64,000 nt of DNA from Candidatus Omnitrophota bacterium (GCA_041649115.1 JBAZNT010000009.1:10501-74500), one strand, 5' to 3'; counted from the stretch's first letter, positions 26,209-35,906 are shown. The notes: a model not told the origin generated them from the sequence alone. Made by a program: numbers and translations.

Positions 26209-28236
26209 TTATCTAAACCGCGCTGACAGCTTTGCCTCCAGGGCCCGGCAGACGCGTTGATGCAGAGGACTAATCTCATCCTCGGTAAGGGTGCGTTCAC
26301 CGCTGCGGTAAAAACACGAGACGGTGATCCCTTTATAGCCGGCGGGAATCTGTTGCCCGTAGTAGTAATCCGTTATCCTGACTTCTTCCAGGAGACTGCC
26401 GGCTTCCTCTCTGACAACCGCCAAGATGTCCGCTGCCTGGGTATCTTCTTTCAATATCAGGCTGATGTCCCTTGATATGCCGGGATAAAGAGGAAGGGGA
26501 ATAATCCTTTTCTCCAGGCCCGCCTGCTTAAAAACGCCGCCTAAAGATAGTTCGGCTGCCACCACCTGCTTATTTTTGATATCAAAACTATCCAAGGCGC
26601 TTCTCTTAATATTTAGGAATACGCCTATCTTCTCCCCGCCGCAGAAAATATCGGCCGCGTATTTGCCACGAGCGGAAAATTGAAAGTCCTTGATGCCGAG
26701 GCGCTGGAATAAAACTTCGGCTGCCCCTTTCAGGTGTAACATGCCGAAACGGTCTTTAACCTGCCCCTGCTCCAGGAACTCCGCCCTCTCTCCGCTCAAA
26801 GCTATGCCCAAAGTCAAATCCTCCCGAGGTCCACCGCCGCCTAAAGAGAATACCCTGGCAATCTCAAATATGCCCACGCTGGCCTGTTTCTGGTTCAAGT
26901 TATAAGAGACGCATTTTAACAGGCTGGGGACCAGGCTCGGCCTCAAAACCTCCTGTTCGCGGCTTAAGGGATTGCAAATCCCGATTGCTGCCGGAGCTTC
27001 AACCCGGGAATCCTGCAATGATTTTTTATCAATCAGGCTATAAGTAAAAACCTCGTTGAGCCCCAGGCCAACCAGAATGCTCTTTATAAAAGCGACTAAA
27101 TCCATGGCGTTGCCGCGGGTTACGTTGCCAAAAATGCTGGGGATGCTGGATGGAATACGGTCATAGCCGAAAATACGCACTACCTCTTCGACCAGGTCAA
27201 TCTCGGAGGCAAGGTCAACGCGAAAGGAAGGGGCTTTTACCGTAAAACGCCCTTTCCCCCCAGGGTTTACCTTAAGCCCTAATCCGGAGAGGATTTTTTT
27301 AATTTTAGCATCCGGGATCTTAACGCCCAGCGTCCTGGCAACCCTCGAAGAATCAAGACTGATTTTTCTATCAAAGCGCTTTCTGGCCCCCAGGGCCCGT
27401 GCAGCCCGATAATTTCCGCCCGCCAATTTAAGCATCAGCTCTGCCGCCTCCAGAGAGGCCTTCTCCAGATTGCCATGGTCAACCCCCCGCTCAAAACGAT
27501 AGGCGGATTCGCTGGTGATACCCAATGCTCTTTTTCCGCGGCGCACGAGCACGGGATTAAAAACCGCGGCCTCTAAAAGAACGCCGGAGGTGCGATCGCT
27601 GACCTCGGTATCCTTGCCCCCCATCACCCCTGCCACTGCTACGGGGCGCTTCGCATCCGCGATAACCAGTATCTCGGGGGTAAGCTCCTTAGTTTCCCCG
27701 TCGATAGTAATAATGCTTTCCCCCTGCCTGCCGCGGCGCACCGCAATCGCCTCCCCCTGCAGCTTATCGAGATCAAAGGCGTGTAAGGGTTGGCCGTATT
27801 TAAAAAGTATATAATTGGTAAGGTCTACGATGTTATTGACGCTGCGGCACCCTAAGCCTTCCAATCTCCGGCGCAACCAAAGCGGGGAAGAGGCAACTTT
27901 GAGGCCTCTGATAATCTTAAGAGAATAGAGCGGGCAGTCCTTGCTATTTTCGACGCTCAAGCTAAAATCACACCTTTTTAATCCCGGCCTTAACCCGGGC
28001 CTGTCCGTTTTTACCTTAAGCCTTAATCCGGTTACGGCCGCTACCTCACGGGCAATACCCAGGATACTAAGCCAATCCGGACGATTAGGGGTTACCTCAG
28101 CCTCAAATATAAAATCCCCCTCCCGCGGCTGGACGGATTTTACCTCAAGACCGACCATCGTCAACTTCTCGGCCAAATCCCCCGGGTCGACCCTGATATC
28201 CACAAATTCCCTGAGCCAACTATAGGTAAATCTCAT
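26209..28236 (-). CDS. pheT: Phenylalanyl-tRNA synthetase beta subunit (lacks the N-terminal OB/tRNA-binding insert)
   Basis: MRFTYSWLREFV start, B3/4 and B5 regions, C-terminal FDX-ACB-like domain. 675 aa. Confidence 0.9.
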   Translation of the reverse strand: MRFTYSWLREFVDIRVDPGDLAEKLTMVGLEVKSVQPREGDFIFEAEVTPNRPDWLSILGIAREVAAVTGLRLKVKTDRPGLRPGLKRCDFSLSVENSKDCPLYSLKIIRGLKVASSPLWLRRRLEGLGCRSVNNIVDLTNYILFKYGQPLHAFDLDKLQGEAIAVRRGRQGESIITIDGETKELTPEILVIADAKRPVAVAGVMGGKDTEVSDRTSGVLLEAAVFNPVLVRRGKRALGITSESAYRFERGVDHGNLEKASLEAAELMLKLAGGNYRAARALGARKRFDRKISLDSSRVARTLGVKIPDAKIKKILSGLGLKVNPGGKGRFTVKAPSFRVDLASEIDLVEEVVRIFGYDRIPSSIPSIFGNVTRGNAMDLVAFIKSILVGLGLNEVFTYSLIDKKSLQDSRVEAPAAIGICNPLSREQEVLRPSLVPSLLKCVSYNLNQKQASVGIFEIARVFSLGGGGPREDLTLGIALSGERAEFLEQGQVKDRFGMLHLKGAAEVLFQRLGIKDFQFSARGKYAADIFCGGEKIGVFLNIKRSALDSFDIKNKQVVAAELSLGGVFKQAGLEKRIIPLPLYPGISRDISLILKEDTQAADILAVVREEAGSLLEEVRITDYYYGQQIPAGYKGITVSCFYRSGERTLTEDEISPLHQRVCRALEAKLSARFR

Positions 28237-28237
28237 C

Positions 28238-29266
28238 TTAGAACTGCTTCAAGAACCTCGCGTCATTTGTAAAAAACATCCTGATATCGTCAATGCCGTA
28301 CTTTAACATCGCAATCCGGTCTGCCCCCATGCCGAAGGCAAAACCGGCATATTTCCCACAAGGGTAGCCTACGTTCTTAAAAACGTGGGGGTGGATCATC
28401 CCCGCGCCTAGTATTTCCAGCCATCCCTTTCTACCGCAGACGGAACAACCTTTGCCGCCGCAGATAATACAGGAGATATCTACTTCAGCCGAAGGCTCGG
28501 TGTAAGGAAAGAAGTGCGGACGGAAGCGCATCTTGGTCTCCTTGCCGAAGACGCTCTTGGCGAAAAATTCCAAAACCCCCTTCAGGTCACCGAAAGTGAT
28601 GTTCTCATCTACCACAAACCCTTCAATCTGGTTAAACATAAAGGAGTGCGAGGCATCCACTGCGTCCGGCCGATAGACCCTCCCTGGCGCGACGATAGCT
28701 AAGGGGGGCCTTTGCGCCTTCATCGCCCGTATCTGCATGGTAGATGTCTGGCTGCGCAAAAGATAACGCCCTTCCTTGCCTGCCGCGGCATCCAGATAAA
28801 AGGTATCAAAGGCCTCGCGCGAGGGATGTTCTAAAGGTATGTTCAAGCCGGTAAAATTATTGAATTCCGTCTCTATCTCCGGGCCGTCTATTACCGCAAA
28901 TCCCATCCTGCTAAAAATCGCGCAGATCTCCTGCGTAACCTGCGTGAGCGGATGCAGATGTCCAAGCTCATGCGCAATCCCGGGCAAACTAATATCAACG
29001 CCGGCATCTTCCTCGGCTGCCGCACCCAAGGAATGCCGCTTTTCTGAAATAAGAGAAGAGACGTGGGCCTTGAAGGCATTGACTTCCCGCCCGAAGCAAA
29101 CGCGCTCTTCCTGCGCAAGGGTAGGGATAATGCCTGTTAATTCAGCCAATACCCCTTTCCTGCCCAGATATTTCAGGCGCAGGGACTCCAGCTCCTCCGG
29201 GGAAGCTACCGCCAGAATTTCGTCGTTCAGCTTCGCCTTGATGGACGCAATATCAATACCAGACAT
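28238..29266 (-). CDS. pheS: Phenylalanyl-tRNA synthetase alpha subunit
   Basis: Class II motifs: HPLTQV, RSQTSTMQIR, FRPHFFPYTEPSAEVD, GFAFGMGADRIAML. Confidence 0.95.
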   Translation of the reverse strand: MSGIDIASIKAKLNDEILAVASPEELESLRLKYLGRKGVLAELTGIIPTLAQEERVCFGREVNAFKAHVSSLISEKRHSLGAAAEEDAGVDISLPGIAHELGHLHPLTQVTQEICAIFSRMGFAVIDGPEIETEFNNFTGLNIPLEHPSREAFDTFYLDAAAGKEGRYLLRSQTSTMQIRAMKAQRPPLAIVAPGRVYRPDAVDASHSFMFNQIEGFVVDENITFGDLKGVLEFFAKSVFGKETKMRFRPHFFPYTEPSAEVDISCIICGGKGCSVCGRKGWLEILGAGMIHPHVFKNVGYPCGKYAGFAFGMGADRIAMLKYGIDDIRMFFTNDARFLKQF

Positions 29267-29718
29267 AATAACCCCAACAGTACTAGCGCTAAATTCCTCT
29301 TGGTGATATTTAAACGCTGCTTGATAGCCCTGCCTGCCCCTATGCGGCGTAATCCAGAAGCGTGGATATCAAGATCTCCTCCGTGTTCCGGGCAGGCACG
29401 GTTAAATACTCCCGTTACCGCCACCCAATCCCCCTTGCTACGGTAGTTTCCGGTATACACGATATCCCCTGCCATATCGCGCTCCATCCAAACGCCTATG
29501 GCGCCTAACCCGTCATTGACATTGACCCAGACATGGTCCCCGCGCGGCATTATCTCCCCTATAACCTCCCCTTCATAGGTTATGGTCTTGCCGTCGTACT
29601 GGCGGGCGTTGTTAATCAGCTCTGCGCTGGAGACAGCCGCAGTATTAGCTGCCGGGGCAGGGGACGGCATTACCAGAAAAGCCAGGATTAACAATGTAAT
29701 CTGCAGAAACGCTCTCAT
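29227..29718 (-). CDS. Hypothetical exported protein with a C-terminal membrane anchor
   Basis: Signal peptide MRAFLQITLLILAFLVMPSPAPA and C-terminal LALVLLGLLCLVLIL. The start overlaps the trkH stop (ATGA), and the 3' end overlaps the pheS start by 40 nt. Confidence 0.45.
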   Translation of the reverse strand: MRAFLQITLLILAFLVMPSPAPAANTAAVSSAELINNARQYDGKTITYEGEVIGEIMPRGDHVWVNVNDGLGAIGVWMERDMAGDIVYTGNYRSKGDWVAVTGVFNRACPEHGGDLDIHASGLRRIGAGRAIKQRLNITKRNLALVLLGLLCLVLILRPSRRS

Positions 29719-31223
29719 TTTCCTTTTACCGCCGCAATAAGAAATCCGAAAAGGGTAAAGACCGACATAAACTCCAGCCTCCCAGCCCACATCTGCATCA
29801 TATAGGTAACCTTCAACGCCGCCGGCATGTTGACGCTGGTAATGCCGCATGAGAGTCCGACATTAGCCGCCGCGGAGGTGGATTCAAAGAGCGAATCCAG
29901 AAAGGGATAGCCGAAAAACATCCCGATCAGCGCCCCGGCAAAATAAAGCACCAGGTACGCCAGGGTAATCAAAAACGCGGAGCGCACCTGCTTATCCTCA
30001 AGAAACGCCTCCTTGATATGGTGATACCTCTCAACCACCACCGCCTTCTCCGGCAGGATAATCCTCTTTAAATCCTGCTTCAGCGCCTTAATTATCAGGC
30101 CAAGCCTGAGCATCTTGATGCCTCCGGTAGTTGAGCAGGTTGCGCCTCCCAGCGCCATAGCCGAAATCATACCTACCAACGCCAGATTGCCCCATTCATT
30201 GATAAATTGCCTGGCATAAATGGTCATAAAACCGGTGCCGCTGTGGCCCGAGACAAGCTGGTAAAACCCTTTACGGAACAGCATCACGACCCTCGGATAT
30301 GCCCCGCTGCGGTCCAGTCCGACTGCGACGATAAAAAATATCGCGGCGATGCTGATAAAGAGCGCTACGGTTTCCAGGTTTTTAAAAATCTCCTTGCGGT
30401 TTCCGGTCCAAAGATGATAATGAAGCTTAAAGTTAATCGCGCCCAAGAGCATTATTGAAATAGTCACAACCTCAAATGCCAGGCTGTGGTAATAAAGGAT
30501 GCTCTGCGACTGCGGGGCAAAGCCGCCGGTGTCAAAGGCAGTCATAAAAATACAGGCGCCGTGAAAAAAGGCCTCCACGGGCCGCATGCCGCCCAGAATC
30601 CCCACCGCCCCCAGGGAAAGCGTCCCCAGGCTTAGATAGACGATGCCCACCGTCCAAATGAAGCGCGCGGTATGGATGACGTTCGGAAGGACCTTCTCGT
30701 CGCGCGCCTCCCCCACGTACATCTTAAAAGCCCCGGAAAGACCTTTGACAAAAAAAGACAGGGCAATAATAACGATCCCCTGGCCTCCGATAAACATGGT
30801 AAGATGGCGCCAGAAATTGTGGGTATAGGAGAAGTGGTCGATATCCTGCGCCAGGGTTAGACCGGTAGTGGCAAAACCAGATATGGCATCAAAGCAGGCA
30901 TCCAAAAAAGACTTCCAATGGCCGCTTAGATAAAACGGGATGGCTCCCAGAAGCATGGCTGCCAGCCAGGAAAGGGACACCACAATCATCCCCTGCATCC
31001 AGTTGAGGTCCTTTTCGGTGGCGCAAAGCTTAACCAGGAGGGTGCCGAAAAGCAGGGCGATTTCAATCGCAATAATAAAATCCAGGACCGGATTGAATTC
31101 CTTAAAAACTAATCCGAGGGCAATGGGGACAAGCATCGTAAGCCCCAGGCCTATAACGACCTTGCCCAGATAATAGCCGATACTCCTGATATCTTCTAAG
31201 CTAGGGCGAAGGATCATTGTCAA
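29715..31223 (-). CDS. trkH: TrkH/KtrB-family potassium uptake membrane subunit
   Basis: About 10 TM segments with repeated selectivity-filter-like GF/TTGG motifs (ATTGLT, FDTGGF, HSGTGF, STTGGIK). Confidence 0.85.
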   Translation of the reverse strand: MTMILRPSLEDIRSIGYYLGKVVIGLGLTMLVPIALGLVFKEFNPVLDFIIAIEIALLFGTLLVKLCATEKDLNWMQGMIVVSLSWLAAMLLGAIPFYLSGHWKSFLDACFDAISGFATTGLTLAQDIDHFSYTHNFWRHLTMFIGGQGIVIIALSFFVKGLSGAFKMYVGEARDEKVLPNVIHTARFIWTVGIVYLSLGTLSLGAVGILGGMRPVEAFFHGACIFMTAFDTGGFAPQSQSILYYHSLAFEVVTISIMLLGAINFKLHYHLWTGNRKEIFKNLETVALFISIAAIFFIVAVGLDRSGAYPRVVMLFRKGFYQLVSGHSGTGFMTIYARQFINEWGNLALVGMISAMALGGATCSTTGGIKMLRLGLIIKALKQDLKRIILPEKAVVVERYHHIKEAFLEDKQVRSAFLITLAYLVLYFAGALIGMFFGYPFLDSLFESTSAAANVGLSCGITSVNMPAALKVTYMMQMWAGRLEFMSVFTLFGFLIAAVKGK

Positions 31224-31333
31224 AAGTAAATAACAGCGGCTGAGATTAACAGCCCCATCGCTATGACTGCGATGGTATAAAGGATCTCTACCGCGATGCC
31301 GGAAAACGAATCAAAAAAATACCTGATATTCAT
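31220..31333 (-). CDS. Candidate 37-aa single-TM peptide between trkA and trkH (not in the ORF track)
   Basis: Hand translation gives MNIRYFFDSFSGIAVEILYTIAVIAMGLLISAAVIYF. Its ATG overlaps the trkA stop (ATGA), and its TGA overlaps the annotated TTG start of trkH. Confidence 0.3.
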   Translation of the reverse strand: MNIRYFFDSFSGIAVEILYTIAVIAMGLLISAAVIYF

Positions 31334-31995
31334 CAAAGAGTCCCCACCAGGGTATTCAGCAATTGAGGCTCGTTGCCCACGCTGGCGATGGCGATAATGT
31401 CGTCCCCGGCCTTAAGCAGGGTGTCGCCTTTTGGCACGATAACCTCTTCCCCCCGCACTATAGATACCAGCACCGAATCCGGAGGCAACTCAACATCTTT
31501 AACCTGTTTGTTGATTACCGGGGAGTCTGACGGCAGGTCCACCCGCACGATAGCAAGCTTGCCGCGCTTAAAACTCATGAGGTTGACAAAATCCGAAAAA
31601 GAGGCTTCCTCTTCGATAATCTTGGCGATAATCTTGGTGGAATCGATGGGGACGTCCACCCCCAGCTCTGAAAAGGTATGCTCGTTATCGGGGTTGTTGA
31701 CGCGTCCTACGGTGCGCTGCAACTTAAACCTCTCTTTAGCGAGCTGGCATATAATAAGATTATCCTCATCTTCTCCGGTAACCGCAGCCAGGACATTGGC
31801 CTTTTGTATGCCGGCCTCCTCCAGTATCCGCGGGTCGCAGCCGTCACCGTTAATGACCAATATCTCCAGCTGCTTGGCGATCTCTTCGCAGACGGCCTTA
31901 TCCTTATCTACGATACTGACGGTGTGCCTGCTCTGGTGGAGCCTCTTGGCCAAAAAATAACCTACCTTGCCTGCACCGACAATAACAATGTACAT
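31333..31995 (-). CDS. trkA: TrkA/KtrA-type K+ transport regulatory subunit (RCK N+C domains)
   Basis: MYIVIVGAGKVGYFLAKRL Rossmann motif. 220 aa. Confidence 0.85.
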   Translation of the reverse strand: MYIVIVGAGKVGYFLAKRLHQSRHTVSIVDKDKAVCEEIAKQLEILVINGDGCDPRILEEAGIQKANVLAAVTGEDEDNLIICQLAKERFKLQRTVGRVNNPDNEHTFSELGVDVPIDSTKIIAKIIEEEASFSDFVNLMSFKRGKLAIVRVDLPSDSPVINKQVKDVELPPDSVLVSIVRGEEVIVPKGDTLLKAGDDIIAIASVGNEPQLLNTLVGTL

Positions 31996-32006
31996 ATCGC
32001 CCCCTG

Positions 32007-32651
32007 TTATAGCCCGAACTTCTCCTTGATTTTACGAAGACTGGCTACCTTCACGACCGCGGTTAAAATATCCTTGGCCCTTAAGACATTGCTGGGCTCC
32101 GGGATAGTTACGCCCTCCAGCCGCCGCAACGCTACCACCAGGAATTCCCCCGGTATATTGATATCCGCGATGGTCTTACCGATAAACTCGCCCTTAATCT
32201 CGATTTCAATAACCCCGAGATCCTTGGCTTCAATAAGATAGCTCGAAAACCGGCTCTCAATAATCTTATCGCGTATCATGGCGGCAAAAAGAATTGTTCC
32301 GCTGATAACGTCCAGCCCCAGGGCGCTATAGATACGGGCCCGCTGCGGGTCGTAAACACGCGCGATTACCTTGGATACCTTAAATATCTGCCTGGCGACC
32401 TGGGCGGCGATAAGGTTGGTATTATCGCCGTTGGTCACGGAGCAGAAGGCATCCGCCTTCTCAATGCCTGCCTGCTTCAGCAATTTAAGGTCAAAACCGC
32501 TGCCGGTCAATGTCAGGCCGTTGAAGGTCTCTCCCAAGCGCTCGAAAGAATTCTGATTCTTGTCTATGATTACTACGTCGTGACCTTCGCTGGAGAGGAG
32601 CTTCGCTAATTCCGAACCCACCCTGCCGCAACCCACGATTATAACATACAT
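32007..32651 (-). CDS. trkA: Second TrkA/KtrA-type regulatory subunit
   Basis: MYVIIVGCGRVGSELAKLL Rossmann motif. 214 aa, paralogous to the neighbouring gene. Confidence 0.85.
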   Translation of the reverse strand: MYVIIVGCGRVGSELAKLLSSEGHDVVIIDKNQNSFERLGETFNGLTLTGSGFDLKLLKQAGIEKADAFCSVTNGDNTNLIAAQVARQIFKVSKVIARVYDPQRARIYSALGLDVISGTILFAAMIRDKIIESRFSSYLIEAKDLGVIEIEIKGEFIGKTIADINIPGEFLVVALRRLEGVTIPEPSNVLRAKDILTAVVKVASLRKIKEKFGL

Positions 32652-32685
32652 GTTTTAGCCCTCTTTAGCCTTGCGGATAAAACTC

Positions 32686-33033
32686 TTACCCGCGCGCGAT
32701 CTTGACTAATTTTTCAAAGGCCTTGCCGTCTCTAACCGCCAGCTCTGCCAGAACCTTACGGTCCAAGGCAACCTTAGAATCCTTGAGTCCTTTCATAAAG
32801 CGGCTGTAGGTAATGCCGTTCTGGCGGCAGGCAGCGTTGATACGCGCAATCCAAAGCTTGCGGAAATCCCTTTTTTTGAGGCGCCTGTCGCGGTAGGCAT
32901 ATACCAATGCGTGCATCAGCGCCCGGCGGGCCTGCTGGAACTGCTTGCTGCGGTCCCCCCAAAACCCCTTGGCCTTCTTTAAAACCCTCTTTTTTCTCCT
33001 GCGGGTAGCAACACTGTGTTTAATCTTTGCCAT
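32686..33033 (-). CDS. rplT: 50S ribosomal protein L20
   Basis: [16 protein letters not shown]...[27 protein letters not shown]. Confidence 0.97.
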   Translation of the reverse strand: MAKIKHSVATRRRKKRVLKKAKGFWGDRSKQFQQARRALMHALVYAYRDRRLKKRDFRKLWIARINAACRQNGITYSRFMKGLKDSKVALDRKVLAELAVRDGKAFEKLVKIARG

Positions 33034-33051
33034 CTAATACATCCTCCTGAT

Positions 33052-33252
33052 TTATCCGTACGGCAGGAGCCTTTTTAAATACCCTGCCTTCTTCTTGTCG
33101 GAGAGGACCTTCCCCCGGCGCAACCTCCTGAGCCTGGCTTTCTTCTTGCTTGAAAGAAGATGGCTTTTCCCCCCGGCAACATACTTAACCTTGCGCTTCT
33201 TGGTCATCTTGAATCTCTTGCTGACACCTTTTTTCGTCTTTAACTTTGGCAT
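33052..33252 (-). CDS. rpmI: 50S ribosomal protein L35
   Basis: MPKLKTKKGVSKRFKMT... Confidence 0.95.
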   Translation of the reverse strand: MPKLKTKKGVSKRFKMTKKRKVKYVAGGKSHLLSSKKKARLRRLRRGKVLSDKKKAGYLKRLLPYG

Positions 33253-33267
33253 GTCTTTTGTCCTCTT

Positions 33268-33780
33268 TTATGGTCCGATCATCATATAAATGCTTCTACC
33301 TTCTACAATCGGCTCCTTCTCTATCTGCCCGTCATTCTGGGTATCGCTGATAAATTTATCTAAAATCCTGCGGCCTAAATCCATATGCTCCATCTGCCTG
33401 CCGCGGAAAACCAACGTAACCTTAACCCTGTCTTTTTTCTTCAGGAACCCGATGGTCTGCTTCAATTTTACCTGATAATCGTGCTCGGTGATATTGGGCT
33501 TGATGCGCACTTCCTTGAGCTTGCCGTGGGCCTGGTGTTTTTTGGCCTCGCGTTCCTTCTTTTCCTGATCATATTTAAATTTACTGAAGTCCCCAACGCG
33601 GCAAACTGGAGGATTGGCTGTCGGAGCTACCTCAATCAGGTCCAGTTCCTTCTGTTCCGCAAGCTCCAGGGCTTTCTGAATCGATACCACCCCCAACTGC
33701 GAACCATCATCACCTATCAGGCGTACCTCGGGCACGCGTATCCTCTCATTGATGCGGATGAACTTTTTTATCGCAACCAC
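33268..33780 (-). CDS. infC: Translation initiation factor IF-3 (start codon uncertain: GTG at 33780 or ATA at 33771)
   Basis: IRINERIRVPEVRLIGDDG, and the infC-rpmI-rplT operon downstream of thrS. Confidence 0.93.
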   Translation of the reverse strand: MVAIKKFIRINERIRVPEVRLIGDDGSQLGVVSIQKALELAEQKELDLIEVAPTANPPVCRVGDFSKFKYDQEKKEREAKKHQAHGKLKEVRIKPNITEHDYQVKLKQTIGFLKKKDRVKVTLVFRGRQMEHMDLGRRILDKFISDTQNDGQIEKEPIVEGRSIYMMIGP

Positions 33781-33810
33781 CTCCTTTTCTGTATATCCTT
33801 AGCGCTTTAG

Positions 33811-35535
33811 CTAAAAGATAACTTTCTCGTGAATCTCCTTCTTAATGCCCTGGATAAATTCCTTCTTCCCGACGGTAATTATGCCTTTCTTCCCCCGCTT
33901 GCGCACCGCCACGGCGTCCTCCTGCATCTCGCGGGCCCCCACCACCAGGATATAGGGCACCTTTGCCATCTCTGCCTCGCGGACCCTTTTATCAAGGGTC
34001 TCATTGCGGCTGTCGAGCTCAACGCGTATTCCGCTATCGCTTAATTCTACGGCAAGGCCGCTGGCATATCCTGCAAAGTCATCTTTTATCGGCATAATCG
34101 CTGCTTGCGTCGGAGCCAACCATAAAGGGAGGGCGCCGGCATAATGTTCCAGTAGCGCACCCATAAACCTCTCCAGGCTGCCCAGGAGCACGCGGTGCAA
34201 CATTACGGGTTGTTTTTCCTTTCCGTCACTATCCGCGTAGGTCAGCGCAAACCTCTGGGGAAGCGCAAAGTCGCATTGAACGGTAGCGCATTGCCACTGG
34301 CGCTTTAAGGCATCCTTTAACTTAATATCGATCTTGGGACCGTAGAAAGCTCCGTCGCCGACGTTAACCTCGTAACTAAGCCCCTTCTCTTTCAAAGAAT
34401 CCTCCAGGGCCTGGGTCGCCTTCTGCCAATCCTCATCGCTGCCGATGGATTTTTTGGGCCTCGTGCTCAATTCTATACCCCACTCCTTAAACCCGAAGAC
34501 CTTCATGACATCAAAAACGAAATCAATAATCCCCTGTATTTCTCCCTTCAGTTGCCCGGGAAGACAGAATATGTGCGCGTCATCCTGGGTAAAACCGCGC
34601 ACCCGAAGCAGGCCGTGCAAGACCCCCGCCTTTTCGTGGCGGTAGACCGTGCCTAATTCAAAAATCCTAAAAGGCAGGTCTCGGTAACTGCGCTGTTTAG
34701 ATTTATAAATCAGGATGTGGCCGGGACAATTCATGGGCTTAAGCACGAACTCCTTTCCGTCCACATCAAAAGTATACATATTCTCTTTGTAATATTCGTA
34801 GTGCCCTGATGTCTGCCAAAGCCCGGAGTGCATAATGTGCGGGGTAATCGCCATAAGATAACCGCGCTTGAGGTGTTCCTCTTTTTCGTAGTCCTCGATT
34901 AGCTTGCGCAGCATAGCACCCTTGGGATGGTAAAACACCAGCCCTGCCCCCGCCTCTTCATGGTAGATATCAAAATATCCCAGTTGGGGGCCTATCCTGC
35001 GGTGGTCGCGCCTTTTGGCTTCCTCAACGTTCCCGAGATACTCCTCCAACTCCTTTTTGCTGTTAAAGCAGGTGCCGTAGATCCGCTGCAGCATGGGATT
35101 GGTTTCAATGCCATGCCAGTAGGCGCCTGCTACAGAAAGCAACTTAAAGGCCTTGATTTCGCCCGTCGATTTGACATGCGGACCGAGGCATAGGTCTATA
35201 AAGCTTGGGCCGGTCTTATATACCGAAACCTTCTCCCCGGGCAGGCCCCTGATAAGCTCCAACTTATAGTCTTCCCCTAACCGCTGAAATAATTGGGCGG
35301 CCTCATCTCCGGAGAGCTCCTGGCGGATGAAAGGCTCGTTTCTCTCGATAATCTCCTGCATCCTTGTCTCAATCTTAAGTAAATCCTCTTCGGTAAACGG
35401 GTCCTTCTTGTCGAAATCATAATAAAAACCGTCTTCGATAGAAGGGCCTATGGCTAATTTCACCCCGGGCCACAGTTCCTTTACGGCCTCGGCCATCACG
35501 TGCGAACAAGAATGTCTTAAGGTATCCAGCTCCAT
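33811..35535 (-). CDS. thrS: Threonyl-tRNA synthetase lacking the N-terminal TGS domain
   Basis: Begins at the editing-domain motif LRHSCSHVMAEAV. Class II motifs are present. 574 aa. Confidence 0.93.
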   Translation of the reverse strand: MELDTLRHSCSHVMAEAVKELWPGVKLAIGPSIEDGFYYDFDKKDPFTEEDLLKIETRMQEIIERNEPFIRQELSGDEAAQLFQRLGEDYKLELIRGLPGEKVSVYKTGPSFIDLCLGPHVKSTGEIKAFKLLSVAGAYWHGIETNPMLQRIYGTCFNSKKELEEYLGNVEEAKRRDHRRIGPQLGYFDIYHEEAGAGLVFYHPKGAMLRKLIEDYEKEEHLKRGYLMAITPHIMHSGLWQTSGHYEYYKENMYTFDVDGKEFVLKPMNCPGHILIYKSKQRSYRDLPFRIFELGTVYRHEKAGVLHGLLRVRGFTQDDAHIFCLPGQLKGEIQGIIDFVFDVMKVFGFKEWGIELSTRPKKSIGSDEDWQKATQALEDSLKEKGLSYEVNVGDGAFYGPKIDIKLKDALKRQWQCATVQCDFALPQRFALTYADSDGKEKQPVMLHRVLLGSLERFMGALLEHYAGALPLWLAPTQAAIMPIKDDFAGYASGLAVELSDSGIRVELDSRNETLDKRVREAEMAKVPYILVVGAREMQEDAVAVRKRGKKGIITVGKKEFIQGIKKEIHEKVIF

Positions 35536-35542
35536 GTTTTAA

Positions 35543-35619
35543 TGGTGGGCGGTAGAGGGCTCGAACCTCTGACCACCACAATGTCAATGTGGTACTCTAA
35601 CCAACTGAGCTAACCGCCC
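35543..35619 (-). tRNA. tRNA-Val (anticodon GAC), CCA encoded
   Basis: Hand-folded as GGGCGGTTAGCTCAGTTGGTTAGAGTACCACATTGACATTGTGG...CCGCCCACCA. Confidence 0.9.
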
Positions 35620-35673
35620 GTTCCCCGCTATTGTCTTACGCTAATAAAATTTAAAGAACCGCTGCCAGATTTT

Positions 35674-35759
35674 TGGTGGGCAAGGAGGGAGTCGGACCCT
35701 CACGACCTTGCGGCCAACAGATTTTAAGTCTGTCGTGTATGCCATTCCACCACTTGCCC
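35674..35759 (-). tRNA. tRNA-Leu (anticodon TAA), CCA encoded
   Basis: Hand-folded. Anticodon stem ACAGA/TCTGT with loop CTTAAAA, long variable arm, 3' CCA. Confidence 0.9.
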
Positions 35760-35834
35760 CCTTAAGCGCTCTCTGCCTCTGGCAAACTGATTTTCAGCCA
35801 ACCTTCTGCCGCAGGCAATCCACCTGCAAAGTCA

Positions 35835-35906
35835 AGGCGACGAGCGGAATCGAACCGCTGAATAGCTGTTTTGCAGACAGCTGCCTTGCCTCTTGGCTAC
35901 GTCGCC
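35835..35906 (-). tRNA. tRNA-Cys (anticodon GCA)
   Basis: Hand-folded. GGCGACG acceptor, anticodon stem GCTGT/ACAGC with loop CTGCAAA, T-arm GCGGTTCGATTCCGC. Confidence 0.85.
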
